Of a stretch of DNA of 32,000 nucleotides, positions 1 to 9,530 are shown in pieces. Position 1 is the stretch's first letter. Every line of letters starts with the position of its first letter. Where the stretch lies: the NCBI RefSeq assembly GCF_000039765.1, contig NC_004460.2:540001-572000 (forward strand), in the 5' to 3' direction. The translations under genes were made by a program, and so were the position numbers. Source of the DNA: Vibrio vulnificus CMCP6 (GTDB taxonomy: Bacteria; Pseudomonadota; Gammaproteobacteria; Enterobacterales; Vibrionaceae). The notes beneath the pieces were generated by a model, which was not told the DNA's origin, did no database searches, and saw only the letters and a list, made by a program, of their open reading frames with translations.

Positions 1-216
1 GGCTCCTCACCTTTCGACATCTCATCCCTTTGTTCATGGTGTGCTAAGTTGGGCCGAAAAGAGGATAATCCTGTTTAATGCAGCACAATTTACTATTAAG
101 AAACAAAGCCCATTACTATTTCGGGTTTTGCCATCAAACATAGGAGAGAAGCCCGTAATGGCATCTTCAAAGAAGGCGACTAAACTTAGAACATTAGAAT
201 CCACTCATGATTGATT

Positions 217-990
217 ATGCGTTATATACTCTTACTGTTTTTAATGGCCTTACCCTGCCACTTGCTGGCTGACCAAAATAACAAAGTGGTGAAGTTTGCT
301 ATTGGTGATTGGGAGCCTTACACCAGCTCTATTCCCCAACAAGAATTAAAGATATCTGAGACATTGGTTCGAAGAGCATTCGAGCTCCGCGGATACACCA
401 TTGAATTGGAGTATTTTCCTTGGGTTCGATCATATCAATATGCTATCGAAGGCCGATTTGACGCTTCGTTTCCATGGATGAAAAACGAAGAAAGAATAAA
501 GCATTTCTATTACTCCAACCCTATTTTCAGTCAACGCATACAGTTTTTTTACCACAAAGATAGTGAGTTTAGTTGGCAGCTTCTCACCGACCTTGATGCT
601 TATCGCTTAGGTGCTACACAGGGATATCAAGCGACTTTTTTTCTACAGAAACACGGTGTTGACATCGAAGTGAACAACGCCGAAGAAGACAATTTTGTGA
701 AAATTGCCAAGGGTAGACTGGATGCCTACGCGACAGGTGTAGAGCGAGGTTGGTACATCCTTGAAAATTATGTCCCAGAAGAGTTGCGAGAATACATAAG
801 ACTCGATCCCAAACACCTCCTAAAAGAGGAAATGTACGTCATTTTCAGCAAATTTGATGAGCAACGCAGTAAGCAACTGCTCCAGGAATTTAATGCGGGC
901 CTACAACAACTGATCGATAGTGGCGAGTATGTCGACATTATGAAATCAGAAGCCGCTTTTCTGGATAGAATTCAAAAGTCTGAGCCTTAA
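217..990 (+). CDS. Orphan periplasmic solute-binding protein, family 3 (amino-acid-type SBP fold)
   Basis: ORF 211..990. The first ATG at 217 gives a signal-peptide-like N-terminus (MRYILLLFLMALPCHLLA). Length of about 257 aa and overall pattern fit SBP_bac_3-type binding proteins. No permease or ATPase gene is adjacent. Confidence 0.7.
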   Translation: MRYILLLFLMALPCHLLADQNNKVVKFAIGDWEPYTSSIPQQELKISETLVRRAFELRGYTIELEYFPWVRSYQYAIEGRFDASFPWMKNEERIKHFYYSNPIFSQRIQFFYHKDSEFSWQLLTDLDAYRLGATQGYQATFFLQKHGVDIEVNNAEEDNFVKIAKGRLDAYATGVERGWYILENYVPEELREYIRLDPKHLLKEEMYVIFSKFDEQRSKQLLQEFNAGLQQLIDSGEYVDIMKSEAAFLDRIQKSEP

Positions 991-1028
991 ATCAGCCAAT
1001 CAGCCTTCATCCCCTCCACTATTTTGTT

Positions 1029-1503
1029 GTGTTTAGTCATGACAGCGTCCGTTTTCGCCACCTAGTGCTTAGACATTGTTCTATAGTTACCCACATCAAC
1101 CCCAAAGGCGGGCGTTTCAATGATGGATTGTTTGGCGCATTTTACCTTGCTTCCCGTGAACAAACGGCTGCACTAGAAGTAAAACACCATCAACAGCGAT
1201 ATTGGGCGAATGTCGAAGGGCCCGTCGTCACTCACTCAGCCGCTCCGATTCATAAAGTAACGTGCCAGCGAAACCGAATTCTTGGATCCCCACAGTTATG
1301 TGGCTTCTCAACAGTTAGCCAGAGAACTGAAAAAGAAGCGAGTAGCCGCAGTGGAATACCCTTCCGTTCGAGCCGATGGCACCTGCTGGGCACTGTTCAC
1401 TCCAAAGCCTATCGGCGACATCGTCCAGAGCTATTTATTGGAAATGATCTGGGACGGAGAGAAAATCGCCGAAGTTAACGAAGTGAATCATATCGATATT
1501 TAG
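1029..1503 (+). pseudogene. RES-domain toxin remnant (RES/Xre-type toxin-antitoxin family): frameshifted, 5'-truncated, no antitoxin gene
   Basis: The N-terminal RES signature GGRFNDGLFGAFYLASREQTAALEV lies in the frame of ORF 1029..1478. The C-terminal signature SYVASQQLA...VEYPSVRADGTCWALFTP...WDGEKI lies in the +1 frame (ORF 1282..1503). The +1 frame also carries TAA at 1258-1260 between ...PLRFIK and RASETEFLD. The first frame stays open back to 984 without a credible start and abuts the stop of the upstream gene. Confidence 0.6.
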
Positions 1504-1521
1504 CCGTGACGCTCGACTTGG

Positions 1522-2280
1522 CTACATGCGAATTCCGCCATCCACTTCCAGCACTCGTCCTGTAATGTATTCGTTTTCGAAAATGAACTTCACTGTGTGT
1601 GCAATTTCGCTGGCTTCACCCATTCGCCCCACGGGGATCATTTTCTCTAGTCTGGCGATGGCCTCAGGTTTCATCTGATCCGCCATGGCAGTGTGAATCA
1701 CACCGGGCGCGATCGCCGCAGCGCGTATGCCGTAACGTGCAAGCTCTTTGGCCCAAGTGGTAGCCAATGTCGCCACCGCCGCTTTTGATGCCGAATAGTT
1801 GGTTTGACCAATATTGCCCGCGCGGGACACGCTGGAAATGTTGATGATGACCCCTTTGCGTCCAGTTTCAATCATTTTGACTGCCGCTTCACGCCCGCAC
1901 AAAAACGTGCCAGTGAGGTTGACTTTGATCACCGAGTTAAACTGCTCCAGTGACATTTTGCTGATGTTGCCGTCTTGCACTTTGACCAGCATGCCATCGC
2001 GCAAAATCCCGGCGTTGTTGACCAGCCCATCAAGTTGTCCAAAATCTTCGACGATCTGCTCGAAGGTGCGCTCCACTTCCCCTTCATCCGTCACGTTCAT
2101 TGGATAAATCAGCGCTTTGGTGCCGAGCATGTGGCATTGATCCTGAGTATGACGTAGCCCTTCTTCGTTTAAATCCAGCAACGCCAGCTCAGCGCCTGCG
2201 TGTGCAAGGGTCACCGCCATCATTTGTCCTAACCCTTGCCCAGCCCCTGTAATCGCAATCACACTCTCTTTTAGATGCAT
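1522..2280 (-). CDS. Short-chain dehydrogenase/reductase, probable 3-hydroxyacyl-CoA (3-hydroxy-2-methylbutyryl-CoA) dehydrogenase; last gene of the Ile/Val operon
   Basis: 252 aa. Contains TGAGQGLG (Rossmann TGxxxGxG), NNAG and YSASK (catalytic YxxxK). SD GAGGGA lies 6 nt upstream of ATG 2280. It sits 47 bp downstream of mmsB on the same strand. Confidence 0.8.
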   Translation of the reverse strand: MHLKESVIAITGAGQGLGQMMAVTLAHAGAELALLDLNEEGLRHTQDQCHMLGTKALIYPMNVTDEGEVERTFEQIVEDFGQLDGLVNNAGILRDGMLVKVQDGNISKMSLEQFNSVIKVNLTGTFLCGREAAVKMIETGRKGVIINISSVSRAGNIGQTNYSASKAAVATLATTWAKELARYGIRAAAIAPGVIHTAMADQMKPEAIARLEKMIPVGRMGEASEIAHTVKFIFENEYITGRVLEVDGGIRM

Positions 2281-2327
2281 TTTGATTCCCTCAATCGCTA
2301 AAACAAATCGCGGTGCTTTTCACCCAC

Positions 2328-3236
2328 TTACTCTTTGTTATTCTTGGCATAAAATTCAAATAGGCTCGAGAAATCCAACTCCTCATTGCCAGCAGCGTTG
2401 TGAAACGCGTAGAGATTGCGTGCCAGCGCCCCCATCGGCACCGAAGATTGGCTCTTTGCTGCGGCATCTAACCCCAAACCGAGATCTTTGAGCATCAATT
2501 TACTCATAAAACCGGGCTGATAACCGCGGCTGGCGGGGGCGTTTTCCATCACGCCCGGACACGGATTGTAAAGTTCCAACGCCCAGTTTCGCCCAGAGCT
2601 TTGCAGCATGATGTTGGAAAGCACCGTCGGATCGAGACCGTTATCGATGCCGAGGTTTAACGCCTCACACGTCCCAGACATGAGAATGCCCAGCATCAGG
2701 TTGTTGCAGATTTTGCCCATCTGCCCATCACCCGCTTGGCCTGCGTGGAAGATATTTTTACCCATATTTTTGAGAATGGTTTCGGCGCGAGCAAACGCGT
2801 TGTCAGAGCCGCCAACGATAAAGGTCAACGTGGCAGCATGAGCCCCCGCGACGCCACCGGAAACGGGCGCATCCACAAAATCCAAACCTCGTTTAGCCGC
2901 CTCTTCTCCCACCAAGCGAGCCGATTGCGGATCAATGGTCGAAGAGTCGATGAGTAAGCTGTTTTCGATCACCAGATCCAACAGCCCTTTGTCGCTTTGG
3001 TGGGTGCCAAGATAGACACTGCGAACATGCTCACCTGCGGGCAACATGGTGATGACGCAACTCACGTCTTGAGCCAGCTCTTCAAGGTTTGCGCACACGC
3101 TCGCCCCTTGCTGTGCCAACTTCTCGCACGCAGCTTGGTTGAGATCAAACACCTTGACCTGATGGCCTGCTTTAAGCAGATTTTCCGCCATTGGCGCGCC
3201 CATATTACCCAGTCCGATAAAGCCGATGTTTTGCAT
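2328..3236 (-). CDS. mmsB: 3-hydroxyisobutyrate dehydrogenase
   Basis: MQNIGFIGLGNMGAPMAENL is an NAD-binding N-terminus. About 302 aa from ATG 3236, which is preceded by GGAGAA. The longer ORF-track start (3398) would overlap the upstream gene and adds non-homologous sequence. Confidence 0.85.
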   Translation of the reverse strand: MQNIGFIGLGNMGAPMAENLLKAGHQVKVFDLNQAACEKLAQQGASVCANLEELAQDVSCVITMLPAGEHVRSVYLGTHQSDKGLLDLVIENSLLIDSSTIDPQSARLVGEEAAKRGLDFVDAPVSGGVAGAHAATLTFIVGGSDNAFARAETILKNMGKNIFHAGQAGDGQMGKICNNLMLGILMSGTCEALNLGIDNGLDPTVLSNIMLQSSGRNWALELYNPCPGVMENAPASRGYQPGFMSKLMLKDLGLGLDAAAKSQSSVPMGALARNLYAFHNAAGNEELDFSSLFEFYAKNNKE

Positions 3237-3352
3237 AACGTTCTCCATGTTCTTTACGCTTGGCTGTGACTCTGCGCGTGCTGCATTCCACGCCAGTTTA
3301 CAATGCTCGATTGGCAAGACTTTGAGTGACCAGCTTTGCGCACTGTGAGCGA

Positions 3353-4480
3353 CTAATATTTCCCCAGTCGTGCCAGTGGGTGATCGTCCTCCGACCACAA
3401 TGAGGTAAACAGCGCATCAATGACGCTGCTGTCCACATCGGCCACGGTTGGGTAAAGCCAATTCGGTTGGCCATCTTTGTCAACCAAGCGCGCTCGAACG
3501 CCTTCTTGGAACTCTCCCAATAAGCCACACTGCACCGAGATACCGAGTTCAAGGCGGAAGCAATCCGCCAGTGACAGTTCGTGATAGTCTCGCGCTTGGC
3601 GATAGCAAATGTGCGCAGTGATTGGGCTACCTTGTGCCAAGTTGTGCTGCGCCCCTTTCAACCAGTCACTGCCTTCCAAAGCCAAAATGGACTGCACCAC
3701 TTGCGTGACATTTTCCCCTTCGCACGCCTGCTGTATTTGCTCAAAATAGGGCATAAGCTGGTGAGAAGGTTGATGCGACAACGCGTGCTCCGCCAAGTTT
3801 TCCAGAAGCTCGGTCACCACTTCGTAGTGATCCTCTGCGCTCGACCAATGTGCGTGTTGCAATTGATCCAGTAGCACATCCAACTCTTCTGGCAGCAGTA
3901 AATGATCGGCAAAGTGAATCTTCAGCGCATCGCTGGCGTTAACCATGACGCCCGTCAACGCGAGAAATAGACCAATCCCCGGATCGAGACGATTGAGGAA
4001 CCAAGTGCCACCCACATCTGGGTATAGACCGATGCTGATTTCCGGCATAGCCAAACGCGAATTCGGTGTCACGACCTTGTGGCTGGTGCCCATATAAAGC
4101 CCCATGCCACCGCCCATCACGATGCCCGCTCCCCAGCCAATAATCGGCTTAGTGTAAGTATGAATGAGGTAATCACACTGATATTCCAAGGTGAAATAGT
4201 CGGTCAGAAAGGCGCGAGCCGTCGCTTTGCTCTCGCTACTCATCACGTGATGCATGGCTCTTACATCGCCACCCGCACAGAATGCTTTTTCACCCGCGCC
4301 TTTGAGGATCACACAAATGATTTGCTCGTCTTCGTGCCATTTCTCTAGGGAGTTTTTTAATGCCGCCAGCATCTCTTCGCTCAGTGCATTGAGGGCAGAT
4401 GGGTTTTCGAGTGTGGCAACGGCAATGCGATAATCGCCTTCGCTACAAGGGTATTCTTCAAAGCTGACTCGGCCTGTCAT
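3353..4480 (-). CDS. 3-hydroxyisobutyryl-CoA hydrolase (crotonase superfamily)
   Basis: 375 aa, the long crotonase-fold size typical of HIBCH. Contains KAFCAGGDVRA. Position between the enoyl-CoA hydratase and mmsB matches valine catabolic operons. Confidence 0.8.
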   Translation of the reverse strand: MTGRVSFEEYPCSEGDYRIAVATLENPSALNALSEEMLAALKNSLEKWHEDEQIICVILKGAGEKAFCAGGDVRAMHHVMSSESKATARAFLTDYFTLEYQCDYLIHTYTKPIIGWGAGIVMGGGMGLYMGTSHKVVTPNSRLAMPEISIGLYPDVGGTWFLNRLDPGIGLFLALTGVMVNASDALKIHFADHLLLPEELDVLLDQLQHAHWSSAEDHYEVVTELLENLAEHALSHQPSHQLMPYFEQIQQACEGENVTQVVQSILALEGSDWLKGAQHNLAQGSPITAHICYRQARDYHELSLADCFRLELGISVQCGLLGEFQEGVRARLVDKDGQPNWLYPTVADVDSSVIDALFTSLWSEDDHPLARLGKY

Positions 4481-4501
4481 AGTGCCTCCTATTCAGCGTG
4501 A

Positions 4502-5299
4502 CTACTGATTTTTCCATTGTGGTGCGCGTTTCTCGAGGAATGCTTGCACCCCTTCTTGCTGATCTTGCGTGTCGAACAACTGAATAAACAACTCGCGCTC
4601 ACGTATCAGCCCCATCGACAGCGGCGCTTGGCGCGTATTCTGAATCAGCTTTTTACAGGCAGAAACTGAACTGGGGGACTGGTTGGCCACTTGCTGCGCC
4701 AACGCTTGTGCTGCGCTCAGCGATTCCCCTTTGGCCACCACTTCTTCGATCAATCCGATGCTCAGCGCTTTTTCCGCGCTCACTTGCTCACCACATAAGA
4801 TGATGCGCTTGGCCCACCCTTCGCCGACCAAAGCCGTTAAGTTTTGCGTGCCCCCCGCACAAGGCAGCAGCCCCACTTTCGCCTCGGGTAAGGCGAGCAC
4901 CGCCTGCTCCTCAGCAATACGAATGTCACAAGCCAGCGCAACTTCGAGCCCACCGCCCATGGCATAACCATTGATCGCAGCAATAGAAACGCCGCGAAAA
5001 GCTGAAAGTGTCTCGAACGCTTCACCGAAAATACGCGCCATGTCCACCGCGACGCCCTTGTCTCCCGAAGCGAATAATTTAAGATCGGCCCCAGCTGAGA
5101 AAAACTTTTCGCCGTCCCCAGTCAGCACTAAGGCATAAATCGCCTTGTTGTCATTCAGTGCTAACACCGTCTTTTTTAGCTCTATCAGAGAGTTTGCCGT
5201 CCATGTATTGGCAGGAGGATTGACCATGGTGATCGTTGCCACATGACCATTGAGGGAAAGTGAAATACCGTTTTCACTCGGTGGAATTATGTCAGACAT
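4502..5299 (-). CDS. Enoyl-CoA hydratase
   Basis: 265 aa crotonase-fold protein. Contains KFFSAGADLK and GYAMGGGLEVALACD motifs. Confidence 0.85.
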   Translation of the reverse strand: MSDIIPPSENGISLSLNGHVATITMVNPPANTWTANSLIELKKTVLALNDNKAIYALVLTGDGEKFFSAGADLKLFASGDKGVAVDMARIFGEAFETLSAFRGVSIAAINGYAMGGGLEVALACDIRIAEEQAVLALPEAKVGLLPCAGGTQNLTALVGEGWAKRIILCGEQVSAEKALSIGLIEEVVAKGESLSAAQALAQQVANQSPSSVSACKKLIQNTRQAPLSMGLIRERELFIQLFDTQDQQEGVQAFLEKRAPQWKNQ

Positions 5300-5325
5300 T
5301 CCTTTTCTCCTTGGATTGCTAGCCG

Positions 5326-6480
5326 CTAGAGCAAACTGGATTGCTGTGACAGCAAACGACGAGCCACAATCAAACGCATAATTTCATTGGTGCCTTCCAA
5401 AATTTGATGCACGCGTACATCGCGGAAAAAACGCTCCAGCGGATACTCCTTGATGTAGCCATAGCCGCCATACAGTTGCAGCGCTTCATCACACACTTTA
5501 AAGCCAACGTCCGTGGCAAAGCGTTTGGCCATCGCACAATACGCTGTCGCATCTGGGTCGCCCTTATCCAGTTTGCTGGCCGCAAAACGCACCAGTTGTC
5601 TTGCGGCAATCAGTTCTATCGCCATATCCGCCAAACGAAATTGCACCGTCTGGAACTCAGCGAGCGTGTGGCCAAATTGTTTTCGCTCTTGAACGTATTG
5701 CGTGGCCAAATTCAACGCCTGCTGCGCGGTGCCCACTGAGCAGGTCGCAATATTAATACGACCGCCATCGAGCCCTTTCATGGCGAAGCGAAAACCTTCC
5801 CCTTCTTCGCCTAAACGGTGATTGAGCGGAATTCGCACGTTATCAAAAGTAATAGAACGGGTTGGCTGACTATTCCAGCCCATTTTCGGTTCTTTTCGTC
5901 CATAGCTGACCCCTTGCGCATCCGCCGGGACCACAAACGCCGAGACCCCTTTTGCCCCCTCGCCCCCTGTACGCGCCATCACAACCAACACTTGCGTTTC
6001 CCCCGCCCCTGAAATAAATGCCTTCGCGCCATTAATCCGATATTCATCCCCTTGGCGCGTAGCGGTGGTTTTCAATGATGCGGCGTCAGAGCCCGAGTTA
6101 GGTTCGGTCAAACAATAGGAGCCAAGCAAAGCACCTGAGTTAAGCCCTTGGCAATAAAGCGATTTCACTTCCTGCGTGGCAAAACTTCCCACCATCCAAT
6201 TGACCATGTTATGAATGGTCATAAAGGCGGTGGTGGAGGTGCAACCCATCGACAGTTGTTCAAAAATGATCGCTGCATCCAAACGGCTCATGCCCAAACC
6301 GCCCTGCTCTTCCGGTGCATACAGGCTGAGAAAGCCGAGCTCTCCAGCCTCTTTGAGTACCTCAACAGGAAAAAACTGCGTCTCATCCCACACTGCCGCG
6401 TTGGGCATTAATTTCTCTTGGGCGAACTGCGCTGCGGTGTCAGCAAAGGCGCGTTGGTCTTCATTGAGTTCAAAATCCAT
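5326..6480 (-). CDS. Acyl-CoA dehydrogenase (isobutyryl-/2-methylbutyryl-CoA type by context)
   Basis: ACAD-family sequence (LTEPNSGSDAASL, C-terminal ILEGTNEIMRLIVAR). ATG 6480 (MDFELNEDQ...) is preceded by GAGGGA at 7 nt. The ORF-track start 6495 adds only 5 codons. Confidence 0.85.
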   Translation of the reverse strand: MDFELNEDQRAFADTAAQFAQEKLMPNAAVWDETQFFPVEVLKEAGELGFLSLYAPEEQGGLGMSRLDAAIIFEQLSMGCTSTTAFMTIHNMVNWMVGSFATQEVKSLYCQGLNSGALLGSYCLTEPNSGSDAASLKTTATRQGDEYRINGAKAFISGAGETQVLVVMARTGGEGAKGVSAFVVPADAQGVSYGRKEPKMGWNSQPTRSITFDNVRIPLNHRLGEEGEGFRFAMKGLDGGRINIATCSVGTAQQALNLATQYVQERKQFGHTLAEFQTVQFRLADMAIELIAARQLVRFAASKLDKGDPDATAYCAMAKRFATDVGFKVCDEALQLYGGYGYIKEYPLERFFRDVRVHQILEGTNEIMRLIVARRLLSQQSSLL

Positions 6481-6517
6481 CTTTCTTTCCCTCATTCCTC
6501 AAAGCGTGCAGTTGGTG

Positions 6518-8011
6518 CTAACGCAGTTGAATGGTCATGTTTGGCCCGCTAGGCATGTCTTCTTCAAACCAACGTGCCGTGACGGTTTTGGTCTCGGTAT
6601 AAAAACGCACCGCCTGTTTGCCGTAAGCATGCAAATCCCCATAAAAACTGCCGCGCCAGCCGGTAAATGAGAAGAAAGGCAGTGGTACTGGGATCGGCAC
6701 ATTGATGCCCACTTGCCCCACTTGGATCTGATGTTGGAATTTTCTCGCCGCGGCGCCATTGGCGGTGAAAATCGAGGTGCCATTGCCATACGGATTGCGG
6801 TTAATCAGCGCAATCGCCTCTTCCAAGCTGTCTACTTCCAGACACACCAGCACCGGGCCAAAGATCTCTTGCTGATAGATGCTCATCTCAGTAGTCACAC
6901 CACTAAACAGCGTTGGGCCAACCCAGTTGCCGTTGGGGTATCCTGCCACTTGGCATTGACTGCCATCGAGCTCACACACCGCGCCTTGCGCTTTGCCTTC
7001 AGCGATCAAGCCCAACACGCGCTGCTTGGCGGCGGCGCTGATAAGTGGGCCATAGGCTGCCGTGGCATCGTCCCACGCACCGGGTTTGACTGTGGCCAAC
7101 TCGGCTTTGATATCCGCCACCCAATGTTTTGCATCGCCAACCAATACCGCCACGGAGATCGCCATACAACGTTGCCCAGCCGCTCCGACCGAGGCACCAA
7201 CTAAGTTACTGAGTACCTGCGCTTTATTGGCATCGGGCATCACCACCATATGGTTTTTCGCTCCAGCAAACGCCTGCACACGCTTGAAGTTTTGCGTGGC
7301 GGTTTGGTAGATGTATTGCGCGGTCGGCACCGAGCCAACAAACGAAACGGCGCGAACATCCGGATGCGTGAGAAGAAAATCGACCTGCGCTTTACCCCCA
7401 TGCACGATCTGCAACACCCCATCCGGCGCACCAGCGTCGGCAAACAGTTGCGCTAAACGCACCGACGTCAGCGGCACCTGTTCAGAAGGTTTCAGTACAA
7501 ACGTATTGCCACTGGCAATGGCAATTGGGAACATCCACAACGGGATCATGGCAGGAAAATTAAACGGCGTAATACCACAACACACACCCAATGGCTGGAT
7601 TAGGGAGTAGCTGTCGATATCAGTGGCCACATTTTCCACCGTCTCTCCCATCATATTGCTGGCTATATTGGCCGCTTGTTCCACCACTTCTATCCCTCGC
7701 CACACATCGCCTTTGGCATCGGCAAGGGTTTTGCCCGTTTCTTGAGAGAGCAATTGCGCCAGCGCATCGTGGTTTTCTTTGAGCAAATGCTGATAACGCA
7801 ACATCAATCTGGCCCGTTCGGAGACCGCAACCTCTTTCCATGATTGGAATGCTTCACTTGCAGAGGTAATCGCATTGGTCATTTCTGCTGGCGTGGCGCA
7901 AGGCAGACGAGCAATCACCTCGCCAGTGGCTGGGTTGGTCACATCAATCCATTCGTTGCTCTGAGATTCGACAAACGAACCTTGGATAAAAAGAGGTACT
8001 GATTGGGTCAT
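6518..8011 (-). CDS. mmsA: Methylmalonate-semialdehyde dehydrogenase (CoA-acylating)
   Basis: 497 aa aldehyde dehydrogenase with catalytic Cys context GQRCMA and a C-terminal [19 protein letters not shown] block typical of MMSDH. Confidence 0.9.
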   Translation of the reverse strand: MTQSVPLFIQGSFVESQSNEWIDVTNPATGEVIARLPCATPAEMTNAITSASEAFQSWKEVAVSERARLMLRYQHLLKENHDALAQLLSQETGKTLADAKGDVWRGIEVVEQAANIASNMMGETVENVATDIDSYSLIQPLGVCCGITPFNFPAMIPLWMFPIAIASGNTFVLKPSEQVPLTSVRLAQLFADAGAPDGVLQIVHGGKAQVDFLLTHPDVRAVSFVGSVPTAQYIYQTATQNFKRVQAFAGAKNHMVVMPDANKAQVLSNLVGASVGAAGQRCMAISVAVLVGDAKHWVADIKAELATVKPGAWDDATAAYGPLISAAAKQRVLGLIAEGKAQGAVCELDGSQCQVAGYPNGNWVGPTLFSGVTTEMSIYQQEIFGPVLVCLEVDSLEEAIALINRNPYGNGTSIFTANGAAARKFQHQIQVGQVGINVPIPVPLPFFSFTGWRGSFYGDLHAYGKQAVRFYTETKTVTARWFEEDMPSGPNMTIQLR

Positions 8012-8117
8012 GTTGGCTTTCCTTATGGTTTCATTCGCCCTGATTCTGTTTGCGTCTGCGTTAATTGCGTCGTTTTCATTCGTTGCATCGTGTTAATGTC
8101 ACTGCTGTATTGGCCGC

Positions 8118-9335
8118 TCAAAACACGGGAATTTCGATACCAATAGCGGTCGCTTCACCACCACCAATGCACAGTGCAGCCACACCTTTGACGCTGCGAC
8201 GGCACTTAGTGTCGCCATTGGTGCCCAACGCTTGTAACTGACGCAAGCTGTGAATCAAAGTGACTAAAATTCGGGCACCACTGGCGCCAATAGGGTGGCC
8301 TAACGCACAGGCCCCCCCTTTGATGTTCACTTTATCCGCGGCTAAGCCGAGCTGCTGGATGGCAATTTGTGTCACGACGGCAAACGCTTCGTTGATCTCC
8401 CACAAATCCACCTCGTCGATTCCCCAATCGAGCTGGCTGAGCAGTTGCTCAATCGCATAAACGGGCGCGACGGTAAACTCGGCGGGCAAGCGAGCATGGC
8501 TTGCGTGGCCGCGAATGATCGCCAGCGGTGTTAAGCCTTGTTTTTCGGCCCAATCACCATCGGCCAATATCAGTGCTGCTGCGCCATCCGCAATCGCACT
8601 GGAATTGGCGGCGGTCACCGTACCGTTATCGGCAAACGCGGGTTTCAGTTTGGGAATTTTGTCGAGCTGAATGGTGGTTGGATGCTCATCATGATCCAGC
8701 GTCATGCTGCTGCGTCCTTCGAGAAAAATCGGGGTGATTTCCTCTTTGAACTGCGCTTCGTGCTGTGCCTGAGTCGCACGCTGCGCCGATTGAATGGCCC
8801 AAGTGTCCATTTGCTCTCGGGTGTAATTGAGTTTGTCAGCGATTTGCTGCGCATAAACGCCCATCAAATGGCCCTCATAGGCATCTTGCAATCCATCAAG
8901 AAACATATGATCGAAGGTGGTTTTGTGGCCCATTCGCATGCCGCTGCGCGACTCTTTCAATAGATATGGGGCATTGGTCATGCTCTCCATTCCCCCTGCA
9001 ATCATGCAGCATTTATCACCCGCTTTGAGCTGATCATAGGCCAACATCACCGCTTTCATCCCAGAGCCACACACTTTATTGACTGTGGTACAAGGCGTGG
9101 AATAACCCAATTCGGCTTTCAGTGCCGCTTGCCGTGCGGGGGCTTGACCACACCCTGCGGGCAACACACAGCCCATATACACTTCATCCACTTGTTGCGC
9201 GGACAACGAAACGGCATCCATCGCCGCATGAATCGCGGCAGCGCCTAATTGCGGTGCACTCAGGGCGGCGAGCACCCCTTGGAATCGCCCTATCGGGGTA
9301 CGTTTTGCTGCCACTATCCAAATTGATTTCGCCAT
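8118..9335 (-). CDS. Acetyl-CoA C-acyltransferase (thiolase), first gene of the Ile/Val operon
   Basis: Thiolase motifs VNKVCGSGMKAV (active-site Cys) and GGACALGHPIGASGARI...CIGGGEATA. ATG 9335 (MAKSIWIVAAKRTPIG) is preceded by GGGAG at 5 nt. The ORF-track start is 9371. Confidence 0.85.
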   Translation of the reverse strand: MAKSIWIVAAKRTPIGRFQGVLAALSAPQLGAAAIHAAMDAVSLSAQQVDEVYMGCVLPAGCGQAPARQAALKAELGYSTPCTTVNKVCGSGMKAVMLAYDQLKAGDKCCMIAGGMESMTNAPYLLKESRSGMRMGHKTTFDHMFLDGLQDAYEGHLMGVYAQQIADKLNYTREQMDTWAIQSAQRATQAQHEAQFKEEITPIFLEGRSSMTLDHDEHPTTIQLDKIPKLKPAFADNGTVTAANSSAIADGAAALILADGDWAEKQGLTPLAIIRGHASHARLPAEFTVAPVYAIEQLLSQLDWGIDEVDLWEINEAFAVVTQIAIQQLGLAADKVNIKGGACALGHPIGASGARILVTLIHSLRQLQALGTNGDTKCRRSVKGVAALCIGGGEATAIGIEIPVF

Positions 9336-9390
9336 ATTCGCTCCCTGCCGCGAGAAACGCGTTTTACTCAAATTCGCTCTGGCGGCTTTC

Positions 9391-9406
9391 TTGACGTTTA
9401 CGTAAG
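9391..9406. promoter_or_regulatory. Candidate LiuR (MerR-family) operator, box 1
   Basis: TTGACGTTTACGTAAG is an imperfect ACGT-containing palindrome. It lies 56 bp upstream of the thiolase ATG and overlaps a plausible plus-strand -35 (TTGACG-18 nt-TAACAT). Confidence 0.55.
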
Positions 9407-9419
9407 CATAGCACTAACA

Positions 9420-9435
9420 TTTACGTAAACGTAAA
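9420..9435. promoter_or_regulatory. Candidate LiuR (MerR-family) operator, box 2
   Basis: TTTACGTAAACGTAAA has perfect 7-bp inverted arms (TTTACGT / ACGTAAA) around a 2-bp centre. Centre-to-centre distance from box 1 is 29 bp. It lies in the divergent liuR / thiolase intergenic region. Confidence 0.6.
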
Positions 9436-9530
9436 GAAGCATTTTTTTAACAATGGCAATTTTCATGAACACCTCGCGTGCCATGCTGTGGCTCATCAAC
9501 ATCGCATAAATACCTCTAAGGGGGTCTGAA

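Noticed and set aside
1-216. Possible minus-strand gene start (ATG at 46) running off the left edge
   Set aside because: Only about 15 codons are visible, with no SD or recognisable sequence, so it cannot be supported.
3237-3398. N-terminal extension of mmsB in the ORF track (start at 3398)
   Set aside because: The extension overlaps the 3' end of the upstream hydrolase gene and precedes the conserved NAD-binding N-terminus. ATG 3236, which has a GGAGAA SD, is the plausible start. Similar over-long track starts were trimmed for uhpT (22658), ahpC (14771), ivd (9953), the thiolase (9371), the acyl-CoA dehydrogenase (6495) and the GGDEF gene (30886).
6215-7204. Plus-strand ORFs of 151 aa (6215..6670) and 163 aa (6713..7204) opposite the acyl-CoA dehydrogenase and mmsA
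   Set aside because: They are antisense shadow ORFs with low-complexity Ala/Ser/Arg-rich translations and no SD or family resemblance.
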